Shown: positions 38,373 to 51,330, counted from the whole stretch's first letter. The stretch is 62,476 nucleotides of DNA, filler included, from Choristocarpus tenellus KU-1152 (GCA_964200185.2; 9 parts of 9 records of this genome joined end to end with filler, not necessarily neighbours in it); one strand, 5' to 3'. Made by a program: numbers and translations. The notes: generated by a model from the letters alone, not told the origin.

Positions 38373-38630
38373 GAGTCAAAGTACCTTAGAGGGTAGAGCC
38401 GCACCCATTTGGGGCCAAAATCCAATGTTGCGGTTTTGATGCAATTTTGGCTATCGTGTTTGTTGGGAAGTGTCAATATCCTTGTTCCGGACGCATCTCT
38501 TCTTGAAGTATTTATTTTTCCTAATCCGAAATGTTTCGGAGTAGGAAAATGTCTTAAAAAAACCCGTGGGAAGTCAAGCCCCAAACGGACAAACAGAGCA
38601 AAACTCGTACCCTCTAAGATACTTTCATTC
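38373..38630 (+). mobile_element. MITE family A, complete
   Basis: GAGTCAAAGTACCTTAGAGGGTA...TACCCTCTAAGATACTTTCATTC. TSD ACCT at 38369-72 and 38631-34. Confidence 0.93.
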
Positions 38631-39450
38631 ACCTTTAGCACACAAGCGCTAATATATTAATGTGCCCAGTGGTAAGGTGTCTTCACCACCGCATGTGTCC
38701 ACTCATGCAAACAAGGAGAGTTGAGAGATAAATTAATTGAATATTAATTTATCTAAATCCACCAACATTTATGTATAGTCTATTTGCAAGGATTGATAAA
38801 CCTGGTAAACACGAGATGCCACGTCAGAGCTGGACGTGAACAGGCTAACTGACATCTGTTACCAGTTATCTCATTTCTTTACAAAACGATAGATTATACC
38901 CATCTATGACAAAATGGCACACAAACGATTTGTCTAAACTAGATGGACAACCTATGTAAAGGATTATAGTATGTGGGTACCACGAGATCTGGCCAAGGGA
39001 CACTAGTCTTAAAAATAAGTACATAAACATCCCATTAAATAAACAAACAAAAATTTGGCCATGATCTGTACCACACATACACAAGATAACCTCTTTGCTG
39101 AAACGATAGGTTACGACATGACGGCAACGCATGATATACAGACCATGCAAAGGAGTATGAAAACAGTAAGTACGGATTCTCAAGTCAACACCACGAGGGA
39201 CGAGAATTTTACTTGTTATCCAATCCATTTACTGAACGATAGGCTGCAATCATTTCACCACATTGTGGGATCTGTTCTATTATTTTGTGAAGATCGCAAG
39301 ACGGTCCATAGCCACAAAGACGAAGGCGATAGATAACATTAGTGGACGAANNNNNNNNNNNNNNNNNNNNNNNNNNNNNNNNNNNNNNNNNNNNTTAATT
39401 AATTAANNNNNNNNNNNNNNNNNNNNNNNNNNNNNNNNNNNNNNNNNNNN

Positions 39451-39511
39451 CGCAACATTGGATTTTGGCCCTCAAATGGACGCAGCTCTACCCTCTAAGA
39501 TACTTTGGCTC
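39451..39511 (-). mobile_element. MITE family A, end at contig start
   Basis: ...CTACCCTCTAAGATACTTTGGCTC. Confidence 0.85.
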
Positions 39512-39855
39512 TTAGCGTATGCAGTATTGAGTACTGCCTACTGAGTGCAAGGTGATGCTGTTGGTGCTGCAGTGATGAAATGTAGTTTAGAGGGCTTTGC
39601 GGCAGTCCAGACCCCTGACTGAGGACCACTTTGGTTTTGAGTTTGAGTTATTTTCTCTCTCCTTCTGGGCCTCCCCATGTCCAGCATATTCACTGACCTA
39701 GATATTTTGAATTTCCTCCTCAAGGCACCGCTATCCCTACCAGGGCATCATCTGATATCTGTCCAATCGTTTCTTGGTCCACATCTCCGTTTTCTCCTTC
39801 GTGCCTCCCTTCTATTGCTACTGTTTATTGCTTCCTTGCAATGATAATTGTCCAG

Positions 39856-39969
39856 GGTTCTGGGGGCATAGGCGGAGGGGGCTCGGGGAATGTGGTAGGT
39901 GTTAGTGAAGAGGAACTTGTGAAGTTGCAAGAGGATGCAGACAGGAGAGAGAAGGAACTCAAGTTCCAG
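39856..39969 (+). CDS. Kinesin-2 (KIF3/FLA10-like) stalk exon
   Basis: cag| ... cag|gtaaag. GSGGIGGGGSGNVVGVSEEELVKLQEDADRREKELKFQ. Confidence 0.7.
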
Positions 39970-40212
39970 GTAAAGGAGCCAAGAAAGGGAAGGGATGTTA
40001 GTGGTAGACAGGGATGAGGTGATTGCATTATCAAGTGTAATTTTGACATAGGATGCTATGCTTCGTATCTTCTGTCCTTCACATTGTGTTGCATCCTTTT
40101 TTCGGCATCCCTCTTGAAATTAGTATCCAATACCTTCCCCTCTCTCTTACTCTCTCCCCTCTAATCCATCCACCTACCTCCCCACCACTTCTTACTGTGA
40201 CCTTGTCTCCAG

Positions 40213-40380
40213 GCGGCGGAGGATATGAAGAAGCTTCTAGATGCGCATGCCAAAACTGCAGACGAGAGGGAGGCTTTGTCAGCCAGACTGGAGAGGGAGG
40301 CAATAGAGAGGCAAAAGATTGAAAAGTCCAAGGGCATGCTGCTGGGGAAGTTGCAGGCTATGGAGGCCAAGCTAATACAG
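40213..40380 (+). CDS. Kinesin-2 stalk exon (GC donor)
   Basis: AAEDMKKLLDAHAKTADEREALSARLEREAIERQKIEKSKGMLLGKLQAMEAKLIQ, 168 nt, phase 0-0. Donor cag|GCACGA. Confidence 0.8.
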
Positions 40381-40914
40381 GCACGATCCTCCCTATCATT
40401 GCTTTTCCCGACCCTGCTCAATTTTCTCATCACATTTTTTATAATGTAATATTGTCATCTAAAGACCCTCAGCTGTCTTGTGAGGACGATATCCAACAAC
40501 TCTTCATTCGGGAGGTGGTACAAGTTGTTGCTAGTAAGAGAAAGGTATGAGGAGAAATGCAAATACCTCTAGGTAGGGAATATTTTCTAGGAAAGACAAT
40601 GGCCCCTCTGAATCACTTTGAAATGAACCAAAATATCCTTCGCACTTCAAATTTACTCAGGGTTTCTTCCCACAGTATCTACAATACTCGCGGCCCTTCG
40701 GCTCCTGATTCTCCCCAAACTTTTTCCACCTCATCCAAACCCAAATCTAAGCCCTTGCACTCAAGCCTTAATTCTTTTCCCCAACAACCAGCAATTTCAA
40801 GAGCCTTTGGTAATCCCCAACTCCTCATGAAGTCCTGTTTGAAGTCCCAACGTCAACTACCAAGGTACCACCCCTCTTTAAAGATCAAACCGCATAAACT
40901 ATGCTCTACTCCAG

Positions 40915-41010
40915 GGGGGAGAAATCCTTGACAAAGCACAGAGGCAGGAGGCAGAGCTGCGCCAAGCTCAGCACGAGCTTGAGCATACCAGAGACCAGGA
41001 GACAGCTCTG
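40915..41010 (+). CDS. Kinesin-2 stalk exon
   Basis: GGEILDKAQRQEAELRQAQHELEHTRDQETAL|gtgaga. It completes the kinesin-2 signature KL.AME.KLI.GG..LDKA..QE.EL. Confidence 0.82.
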
Positions 41011-41383
41011 GTGAGAAAAATTACAACTTTGAATGGTGCGATAAAACGATGACTCTACTGCATTCACCTGCATGAAATTGTATTCCTTGCAATATTTGGC
41101 GTGTTGCCCTCTACTGTCCAGGAAGACTCAGTCTACTCAAACGTACAGTGCCTGGGTTTCTTTCTCTTCTTTCATAAACCTGACAGTCCAATGGGAGACC
41201 TATCAATCCAAAAAGCTAGGATAAAGTGGAAGGCTCATATAAAGTAATTTACTAGACTTACATAAGGTCTCTTGATTTTTAATTATGGCCTAGGAGGTAT
41301 GCCAACCACCGTAGTCACTTGAAATATCCACAAGCACCCCCTTAGGCCATGCATCCACGGAAACACCATGTAACCAAGAGTAT

Positions 41384-41639
41384 GACCCAAAGCATTTAAG
41401 AGGGTAGGACCGTGTCCATCGGGATCATAAATCCAATGTTGCGATTTTGATGAAACTTGGCCATCGTGTTTGTTAGCAAGTGAAAATATTCTTGCTCTGG
41501 ACACACTTTTCATAGTTGTATACATTTAGGTAACTGTGTTCACAAAGAAAACCGAAAAGGGGCATAAAAAACCCGTGGGAAGCTAAGCCCCGAACAGACA
41601 AATATTTCAAAACTCCTACCCTCTTAAATCCTTTGACTC
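41384..41639 (+). mobile_element. MITE family A, variant subfamily
   Basis: GACCCAAAGCATTTAAGAGGGTAG...CTACCCTCTTAAATCCTTTGACTC. Confidence 0.88.
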
Positions 41640-42101
41640 TATGTAAACTCTCAAGTTATAGTTTCAATTCTCAGCTTGGTGTCAACTCTCTCTCAAGGCC
41701 CTCCAGAAGTGATGCTCCCCTGCTGCATTTGTTGTGCAACTGTTGTGCTCCGTAAATGAATGTAATGGGTTGCCATTCAAGTCATGGTTGGCGGAAGGTC
41801 TCTTGCCTCATAGGTTGGGCCTTGGTGCAAAACCCAACTCATTAAAAGCAGGGTCGCAAAACGGTAGAAAGGCAAGTGTTGCACCTCTGGCAATCACCAA
41901 ATTTTGGACTAGAACAAGGTAGAATGCAGCGAGAAGATCATGATCATCATGTCGAAAGACCTTACCTGTAAACCAATTTCCTGCGATACCCTCGCTCGAG
42001 TACGTTTTGGACTGAAGTTTCTCATACTTCATTATTAACTGTTGGATATTGGCACTGACCCTTAGGGGTCGGGTCAGATTTTGATCAAGCATAAGAACTT
42101 T

Positions 42102-42145
42102 GGCTCGAAGTATCTGGGGGGGGTGGCGGCTGTCCATTTGGGGGT
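42102..42145 (+). mobile_element. MITE family B, left end cut by gap
   Basis: GGCTCGAAGTATCTGGGGGGGTGGCGGCTGTCCATTTGGGG. Confidence 0.85.
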
Positions 42146-42245
42146 NNNNNNNNNNNNNNNNNNNNNNNNNNNNNNNNNNNNNNNNNNNNTTAATTAATTA
42201 ANNNNNNNNNNNNNNNNNNNNNNNNNNNNNNNNNNNNNNNNNNNN

Positions 42246-42398
42246 GGGGTCTACACCACGGTGTCTATTTGGGCATTACCAGGAAAAGTGCATTTACATT
42301 ATCCATCCGACGTATGCAACCAAATCACACAAAAATCGCGATATGAAAAAATTGGCCCCAAATGGACAGTCACTACCCTCCCCCAGATACTTTGAGTC
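42246..42398 (-). mobile_element. MITE family B, nearly complete, at contig start
   Basis: Reverse-complement match to 30179-30380, ending CCCCCAGATACTTTGAGTC. Confidence 0.88.
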
Positions 42399-45300
42399 GC
42401 TACTACCTGGCAGAGTTTCCCCTCGTCATTCCCCCTTCCCATTGCCCTCCCGTATTACCTGCACACAACACTGCTCCTTGTGGTGCCCTGGTCAATGGAA
42501 GGTTGGCAGTGACCCTTTACGGTTACTGCAAGTGAGAAACAGGAGTACTCAACAGGATTATCGCTTAACTGTATGTTGCAACAGTTTTGTCCAGACAATA
42601 GTGTATATCACGCGCTCCTGAGCGCGTGATATTATGTAAATGGGTAGAATGCTATAGACAAAGCATTTTTTTTTTTTGGCATGAGGTTTAGGGACAAAGC
42701 ACACAAGAGGAGATGCTATCGCAAGCGACACCCAGGAGATAAAAAAAGAGCATTTTCGCCTCACGTTAGTTGGAGAAACAGATCCGAACACAGCAACATA
42801 ATAGATGGAGCCCTAAACCTATTTCCACCTGTAGTGTTTCCGGTTGCGTTGATCAGATTGTGGATCCTGAGCCACCCAGCACCAACGGTTTCCACCCGTC
42901 GGAAGATACTTTTCGAGGGGCAAGAGGTAGATTGCAAAAAAAAAATCGTCGAGACGATTGTCTCCAAAACCCACTTTATCTGTCATATCCAGAGGAACCT
43001 TGCATCACGCTGGGGATAACGAGTAAGAACAGAGGGGTAAACAGTAGTAGCATCATTCTGCCCACAAAGATTGATGGCCGAGGGTACCGAGTGTTAGCCA
43101 AGCCAATATCCCTTGAGGGATATTCGTCCGTCCTTTGTGTGGCACTTGAGTGCAAGGAAAGCCAAGTGGTCGAATACTCGTGATATCTGTGAGGGCACCA
43201 TTCTTGGAAAATGAAGTATAGAGATTGCGCACCTGGTCGTCGTATGAGACAGGAAACGATAACTAACAAGGGTTTCGTTTCGGGTTGGATTGGTCCCAAT
43301 GGTCTTCCCTCTTCTTCTCATATGTGTAGACTTACGTATCTTTAAGGGTACCCGAAATGCCCACTCTGTGTACTCCATACTACCCCCCCAAAAACGGCGA
43401 TGAGAGTGTGTGTGACGAATTTATTATAAATAATTATTCTTTCTTTGCTTTGTAGATGTGTCAAGGAATAAGTCAATTCAATATTATAACCACCCCTATA
43501 AATATATAAAAGTAACAGTTGTAGTAGATGTCAACAAGGTTATTTAAAAGTACGTTCTCTTCTGTCCAACATACCAAATAATCCATAAAAAAAACTCCAA
43601 CTACATAATTTGAATGTACCACATAATAACTAACTACTACACGTCATATATACAATAGCAGGTAAAAATGTGTATAAATTTCCTTACCATCTATATTTTC
43701 TCTTGTGCTTGTTCGTGTTCTGCATTCTGGATTGTTATTACTATTCTATTTTAGTGCTATTTTATAGTGTAGTATGGAAGTGTGTACGGGTTTATAGTAG
43801 GATTACCACCAAAGAAACTGTTTATCCTGTTGATCTTAGAGGACAATAATATATTTCAATCTGTTAATACGTATATTTATTACCCCCCTACCTTATTTTT
43901 ACACTCCCTGACATTTTTTGAAATCATTAAGGGTTCTGTGTGTAGATATTGTGGAGACATTCCTCCTGTTTCACACACTCTCACGATACTAGTATAATTT
44001 GCGAGAGGAAATCGACAATTATTTTCCGGATTTATTTGTTGGGGGTACAGGGATTTATTTGTTGGGGGTACAGAGTTCGTAAATGGGGGTACCTGACCCC
44101 CAAAACATCCCCTGTTATTTTAAATGTTTGCCTCTTCCATTGACAAGGACTTTTCAAACTTTATCTTTCCCAACAGATTCTCCACGATGTGAAGTTGAAA
44201 ATTGATCTACCTCTATCTAGAGGTGGAGATATTTTTTTGAGTATGAGTATATATATACCTTAGATTTTGAGATGTGAGTGGTCATAAAAATGCGACTCCC
44301 TACTTGGAATCTGCATCTTCTATCTGTCATCGAAACGTTCTCCAACCTCCTCTCCACAGATCGTTCGTTATCAGTAATAAAGTCACACACATACCTTCCA
44401 CTCGACATTGGCGAGGTTCATCACTCGTATAAACCCTTTGGCGTGAGCTCCAATTCACCTACCTGCGGGTTATCATACCCTTCCGGCGGATCCCAACTTC
44501 TAATCCACACCAGACTCGCCCTGCAGGGATTGCAGAGGATTCTCTCCGCAAGGTGGTGAGGAGACAGAGATAAAAGCGGTGTCCGATGTGGCAGGAAATC
44601 CAGACCATGCAGTAAACGTGTCCACACAATCGTCGTTCAAATTTCCTCTCCAAAATTGCGACGAGAAGACGTAACTCAAGTCGGCCTATGATGATCATCG
44701 GTAAAATGGATCGATGGACGACTGCGGTCCTACTCTGGAGGTGGTGTACAGGCGAGTCAGTGTAATGTGCGTTGCTGTGACTTTACTAGGTCTTCATCAC
44801 CCCCCATAAACAGTGGTCCATCTACCATTGACATAGATGGCTTTGTTGACATATCAAGGGCCAGGGTTCGCTTTGATTGCTCAGAGGGTACTCTCAAGTC
44901 AGAGGGCGAGTAGATGAGCAAATCCGTTTCGATATCTCATAACTTAGGATTTTCGTTTAGGGTTTGACCAGTGAACTTTCTGGAGGATTGCCATCTATCG
45001 GGGGGTCGACTGGCACTACCTAATGGATCGAGGGAAAGGTGATGGTGTCGCCTTCATGCTACGCAAGGATACTTGACTTGAACCAAGATCAGCGTCCTTG
45101 CCTGCTGCGACCTACTTTGCACACTACAGCGCAAGCGGGGAATGATCCGTGACAGACTTCAAGTTGTAGATCCTGCGGATTGATCACTCTTGCTTTTTCT
45201 GCCTTTCAATTAATCATCCTTGACTGTTGCCGCGTTCAGCATGTGGACATCCATGTAATGCTCTGACTTCATACCCTACATATTGGGGATAACCACCCTG

Positions 45301-46611
45301 ATACTTTACCTCTCAAGCTTCTCCTCCATTGACACATATTCCGCACTTGCCACCCCCCATCCCTCATGCTCTCTCTCGTAATTTCTCCTGGTCATCAGCG
45401 GAATCTTCAACCCCTACCTCCCATGAGGACTGCGCCAGGAAGGTTTCCTTAGAAGAGGTTTGCTGTGGTGTGCACATGCACACTAGATATATGCTATGAA
45501 TCTATGTTTTAGTGTGCTGTTTTCATTTGATAGGAGTCCTAACCCTATCCAGTACTACTGTACTCGATAGATGTGGATGATTTTCCCCCCTCACTGAAGA
45601 ACGTGGAAACAATGTGTCTGTCTGCTTGGAATATTTTGTTTTGAATGCATGCATTTTTTTTGTCTGTCTCTTGGTCTACCTTTGTGGGCGTGAGGGTGTC
45701 TTCAAATTTCAGATGTATACATTTGTTTATTTACTTGAGTTGTGTGAAAATGAGCATATGTATGCCTGTTATGTATCTATATCTGTAGTGTGTGTGTATT
45801 TGTGCTGTGATGACTGTCCTTCTGTTTTTTGGGGGGGTAGACTCTTGTGTTGTGACTGCATACATATCTATTTGCACCCACATCACAATGTGTACAAAAA
45901 GAAAATGGGTATATATGTATTATGAAGTATATACATAGTTTGCTAAATCTACAGAACTCCTGTATAGAGCTCTACAGCCAGAGCAATAGTAGTGTGATAA
46001 TGTACTTCAAGGCAAATTCACTCCATATATATTACATAATACCTACATGCTCAACCAGTCCACACCGCTCCCTGCAGGTGAAGAGGGGTAAAGGGGCTTT
46101 CCTATCATCACCAGCTTGTGAAACTCTATCCGAGTCAAACCTGGGGGGCTGCTGGACGCAACCAGATCACCTCGACACCAAAGGATGCCAGGCAAGAAGT
46201 CAAACAATTGATATGGTAGGATATATATATATATATTTAATAATGCTTGCCTCCAACATAGGATTGTGTTATATATGTGCGACAACAACCTTGAAGTTGG
46301 AGGCTAGGGTTTTGGTATATTTGAACATACTGATTGATTAAGATGGTATGTAAGAAATACTCATTGGTGAAAAATCGTTGCGAACAAGACCAACTCAGTG
46401 TGCGTACATCTCAGAAATTCTTGTCCTCTCCTTGAGTACCAACAATACATTAGGGATCCCTGAACAGCCTTTCCCCCTCCCCCCTCCTCCCCCTGCAGTG
46501 TTGGAGACACTCCTATTTCATCAGCCATAACCCTAACCCATATTTGGTTGGATAAACAATGTGTTTCAAAGCAGCATGGGTGATAGAGATCTTTGAGATA
46601 GCTGTTGAAAA

Positions 46612-46634
46612 GACCCAAAGTATCTGGGAGGGGG
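46612..46634 (-). mobile_element. MITE family B end cut by gap (a similar stub at 9410-9430)
   Basis: GACCCAAAGTATCTGGGAGGGGG. Confidence 0.7.
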
Positions 46635-46801
46635 NNNNNNNNNNNNNNNNNNNNNNNNNNNNNNNNNNNNNNNNNNNNTTAATTAATTAANNNNNNNNNN
46701 NNNNNNNNNNNNNNNNNNNNNNNNNNNNNNNNNNCCCCCCCCCCCCCCACCCGTAGTTCCATTTTTTGTTTCTGTCCTCTGGAGGAAAAAAGTAGTAGTA
46801 G

Positions 46802-46836
<35 letters not shown>

Positions 46837-46980
46837 CCCTCTGCTCCTCCTCCCCGTACCATTGTTTGCGGAACTTTTGATCCCTCTTCCCCCACACCCT
46901 AACCCTATATTTTTTGTCCTCTGTGTCCTTTTAAATGTTATTCTCCATGCCAATATACTCCGCCTATCAAACACGGATAG

Positions 46981-47104
46981 GTATTCTGATATTTACGTTC
47001 CCTTTTGTGGGATGTCGGTGCTGGAGGCGATGTTGGGGGAGAGGAGTTTGGTGGTTGACCCCCACCTTGAAGAGGTTTCTGCACTTGGTGGCCAGGCGCT
47101 CCAG
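46981..47104 (+). CDS. Penultimate exon of an unidentified protein
   Basis: tag| ... cag|gtatgt. YSDIYVPFCGMSVLEAMLGERSLVVDPHLEEVSALGGQALQ. Confidence 0.6.
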
Positions 47105-47154
47105 GTATGTTCGGTATTGCAGGGCAGAAATTTCATCCGTGAAATTTTGTTTAC

Positions 47155-47235
47155 ATATGTGCATGTATATGTGTATGTGCATGTGTGTATGTATGTATTA
47201 TGTATGTATGTATGTATGTATTATGTATGTATATG
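47155..47235. repeat. (TATG)n/(TG)n microsatellite
   Basis: Imperfect TGTA repeats in the intron. Confidence 0.8.
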
Positions 47236-47294
47236 TCAATGCTCTCACTATCACTAGCGTAGAGAGTTGGGGTCCATTCTTAGGTCGGGACAGT

Positions 47295-47445
47295 CCTAAC
47301 AACAAAAATCCTTATTGTTCTTTTTTGCAATATTTCCCATTTTTCCTAACAACAAAAATCATTATTGTTCTTTTTTGCAATATTTCCCATTTTTCCTAAC
47401 AACAAAAATCATTATTGTTCTTTTTTGCAATATTTCCCATTTTTC
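47295..47445. repeat. Tandem repeat, 3 x 50 bp
   Basis: CCTAACAACAAAAATC(C/A)TTATTGTTCTTTTTTGCAATATTTCCCATTTTT starting at 47295, 47345 and 47395. Confidence 0.92.
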
Positions 47446-48143
47446 TAAAGTTTTGTGTTTTCTTCACCGGAAATCTGTAAGCCCTCTTGTACACCCAGGA
47501 GGGGGGTGTTCATTTTCCGCTTACCTGGGGGTTTTTCCTCATTTTGTACATACATATTGTGGGGTTGATCCTCGAGATGATAGAGAAAGAAAAAAAAATG
47601 TTCATCGCAACATCTGACCTCTGTGCCGCGCTGTAAACAGAGAGAGTCTGAAGAATCTGGACGATAAGACGTCACTTGGCGTAGACTTGAGCCTGTGTTC
47701 AGAGGGGAAGCAGGGAAGCGAATATATTGAATTGATTTAGTTGGCAGAATGGTGTGACTGTGAAGAAAACTGAAGACAGTATCAGATATTGAATATACAT
47801 CGCCATCGCTATATATATATATATGTTTGTGTGTGTAAATTGGTAGTGTAAATTATAATTGTCAACCCGGTTAATCAATCGTCTATGGCAGTTGGTCAAT
47901 GCATGGGTTTGTTAGAGTTGGAACGTTCAAGAAGGCTTGTCTGATTTGTTCTATTTGTTGCCTTTCAGGGTGACCCCCTCCCTAGCTGCCAATGCCCCCC
48001 CACTTCCCTCCCCCCCCCTCCCCCCCTTTCTGTCCCACTCGTTTTCACTCTCTTTTGATGCTGGTGTATGTTTGCGAATCAATGCTGGTGCGTGATCCCT
48101 TTCTGTTTGCTTACTGTTCCTCTCTCCTATTTGCTTTCCCCAG

Positions 48144-48236
48144 GCTCACCAAGATGCGGTGATCATTGAGGCAGAGGAGGTAGTGGAAAAATTGAAGCAA
48201 CGATGCAGGGACGAGAGCTGCTTTTCGAATACGTAG
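48144..48236 (+). CDS. Terminal exon of the unidentified protein
   Basis: Long pyrimidine tract and cag|. AHQDAVIIEAEEVVEKLKQRCRDESCFSNT*, phase 0 matching 47104. Confidence 0.62.
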   Translation, partial: AHQDAVIIEAEEVVEKLKQRCRDESCFSNT

Positions 48237-48829
48237 GAGAAACTGAGTGTGTCGCCTTGATGCCTAACATGATAGAATCGGAAAAGTGATTTGAGCGCAT
48301 TGATAACTATCGATATGGCAAGAGGCGAAGAGTGGATGTGATTCTAGATTGGTAGTGGTTGGCTCGATGGGGTGTTGAGGCCTGCACCGTACATGAGTTC
48401 AATATATTTCTGCTTACAAGACTTTTTTCTTCTTTTTGCTTGTATAATGTGCGCTTTTAAAAGGTTGGGAATAGTGCCAAGTGTGGCATGATGGGAGTTC
48501 TATGAAAGAGGCACTGGTTTCTCAGCCGAGCGATGCTCTACTTCACTGTACATAGTATGTTTGTCTAGGGGGGTTTTTGTCGATGCTATGATGGTGACTT
48601 GCATTGCAGCGTGGCATATATGGTCAGTTGGTATGAGTGGAGGAATGGTGTAGCCTTGTACTTGGAATCTGTTTTCAGTTTTAGAGAGTCGTACATACTC
48701 ACATACAGCAAGGTGACGGGGGATGGGTCCTGGTTTGGATTTTGGAATAAATGTCTGTATAACAGGAGAATTACCACCCTTGTCTCAGAAGTCTAATGTA
48801 GTAGTATGTAGTACATACCATTTAAATTT

Positions 48830-49172
48830 TGTACTAGAGTGGTTAACTCAGGCAAGGGTGGTGAAGAGAATCACCAGGAAAGACGAACCAATCAAGGGGG
48901 CAAGGTCAAAGGTTGGACACAAGGACAAGGACTGAGGAAGTAGCAAATCATGGTTCGGATTGAGTTCAGAAAAGAAATTCATTCCTCAGAGATGAGAGAT
49001 TTGTCTTGGGAAAATGTGTTCATGAAGAGACGTCACAGGAAGTCATGGAAGTCTATCGTTCTGAAGATCCTCCACAGTTGAACCGAAGTTGTTAGAAAAT
49101 AACCTCAAATGTTATGTCAGTGTATGATATACAGCTGTAACGGTACAACATCAGACATCCCTGCTCTCCACA
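48830..49172 (-). mobile_element. Diverged solo LTR related to 37106-37495
   Basis: Colinear similarity (ACTCAGGCAAGGGTGGTG.AGAGAATCACC; ATCCTCCACA; AACCGAAGT; ...TCCACA). TG...CA ends. No TSD recognised. Confidence 0.7.
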
Positions 49173-49559
49173 CTTGATAATCATTCATGAGGGAATGAAG
49201 AGAGTGGTATATCATAGCTGGTTGTCAAATAGTAAATAGAAAAATAGCTTGACATTTACGACAACTGTTGCGTTTTGGAGCCAGCCTTCGAAAAAATGCC
49301 TACAAACTACGTACTGTTTGACGCAGACTCTTAGTCCTTCTTCCATCCCCTCCAAAACTCTAGGGACGTATGGATATACTGGGAAAGTATGAGTTAATTC
49401 AATTTCGTGATGGCGTCACCCACAGAAACTGTACGTACAACACTGTCAAGGTGTGCTGGGGTTCGAACCCTGTCGTTACTATATTCTTATTTCAAAGAAA
49501 CGTGGTTTTGTTGGTGGTTGTCGCAAGAACTGTTACCTGTAGTTTTGATGACTATATGA

Positions 49560-51330
49560 AGAAATCAAGAGTAGCTCCAAATTGGTGGCGATTTATCATT
49601 GCAGAATGATGCCAGCAGTGGTTTCAGGACAACACTTGAAAGAAGAGAGAGTGATGGGTAGAATGGATGTTTATAGAATTTGTGGTAATGAGAACAATGG
49701 AAACAAGCGCTTGGTGGTGTTCTGCAGCACACGAGGAAGTTGTACAACAGGGAGCAGATGGCATAACAAATTCACAGCAATGTGCTCATCAAGGATGTTT
49801 CTAGTGTATTGTTTTCTATTGGGTTATTGCTGGCACGTTCTTTGCCTTCAAGCTCCGAATCCTGTAAGTCACTGAACTGTTACTTAATTACACCAAACAG
49901 TACTATAGTAGGTGCTTATATTTTTCCGTAGGCACCTTGGTGAACCAATATAATTCTTTACAATATATATATAAGTCTTTAAGTTCTAACAAAGGGTTAT
50001 TATCTCTTGTCTGATCTGACACTATAACTTCCTACAACACCTGATGCCAATCTCTTTCGAATGTAAGTGTTTCAAGGACTGCTGTGAGAAAGAGGACAAG
50101 TGTTCTTCGAGTGAGACATCTATTGGTGGACCTACTGACTTAAAGTCTGCAGAAGTTGGTGTTGGTACAGTGAATGATGCTTAGCTGGATCAAGTGTCCC
50201 ATCAGGCAACGGCATGAGAAAATGATCTCTAACATTTATGGTGTGTTTTAAGCGTGTTTCCTTACGTTGTATTCTAGAGACGGATTTTCTTCTGTTTTGT
50301 TGAGCCTCAGGCTAGTTCTAGAGTTTAGAATACAACCTTCTGTTGTTGTCTTATGGGATGAGTTTACAATTTTTTGTAAGACTGGACATTTTACTGGTAG
50401 ATGTTTTAGGTCAATTTCTGAGTGGAAACATAGGCGCTGGTTGGCAGGGAGCTCTAACCCTCTTTTTCTCCGTTAGTATTGGGAACAGAGGAAACATCAC
50501 CTCGGCAAGATCACAAATTTTCAGCTTCTCTCATGTGATATTTTTTTAGCCTGTAATAGTAGTCAGTGATTATATGTGGGGGGTGGGAGGGTTGCTAGGA
50601 AAAGAGTGGTCGCTGCGTATGATTCACATGATATACAGGAAACACAACACAACTCTCAAATGCAGTTTAAGTAGTTAGAAACAGTGATTAGTGAGTTGCA
50701 CTATTTGACCAAAAGCTACAGTTTTGTACCTTCTGTGTGACACTTGTAGGGAAAGTGTCTTTCCACTACAGCACAATAAATGAATGCACCCAATGGACCC
50801 ATGATACATAGTTTGAACAGGATGCTCAACATCACTTTTTGTTGAGGAACACACAATGCTTGTCTTTCGTGAACAATGATGGTCGACAAATGTTTAGCAC
50901 AAACTTCATTGGATTCATCCTCGTGCACATAGATTTTGCATGTTGAAAAAAATTCGAATACTCTTCTATTTGGCGCTTCTGTCGAAAATGAGCCTGTGGA
51001 GATCAAGTCACTGCTCCATGGTCCTAACCTCCTTGCTGGCTTAGAAGCTTTTGTTACAGTGACCGAGAAAATGTTGGTAGGCAAAGTTTACCAGCCGAAT
51101 CAAACAATAATTGTAGCTGAAACTCATTAAAACCTATGAATTGTATTCGGTATTGTGTATACAGTGCTGTTTGTTTGAGGTATTTGTTGGGCGACTTTTC
51201 CCAACACTGAAACACATGTTGTCGAGCGTTTCCCTTTCTCATGTGCTCACCGGTCCAGAGTATTATTCATATTTCTTCTCCAGTCTTGGACTGAATTGCA
51301 TGATTTGCGAAGTACATGAATGAATGCGTA
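49560..51330 (-). mobile_element. Possible very old hAT-like transposase fossil
   Basis: Scattered motifs in hAT order: NIFSVTVTKAS (cf. SVTTDNAS), TLDP, YPSLSLLSSVVL. All heavily degraded. Confidence 0.3.

Noticed and set aside
44460-45420. Minus-strand exon (…WDPPEGYDNPQ|gtaggt) and RT-like trace (MDVHMLNAATVKDD)
   Set aside because: It has in-frame stops, no consistent acceptor and motifs too weak to assign.
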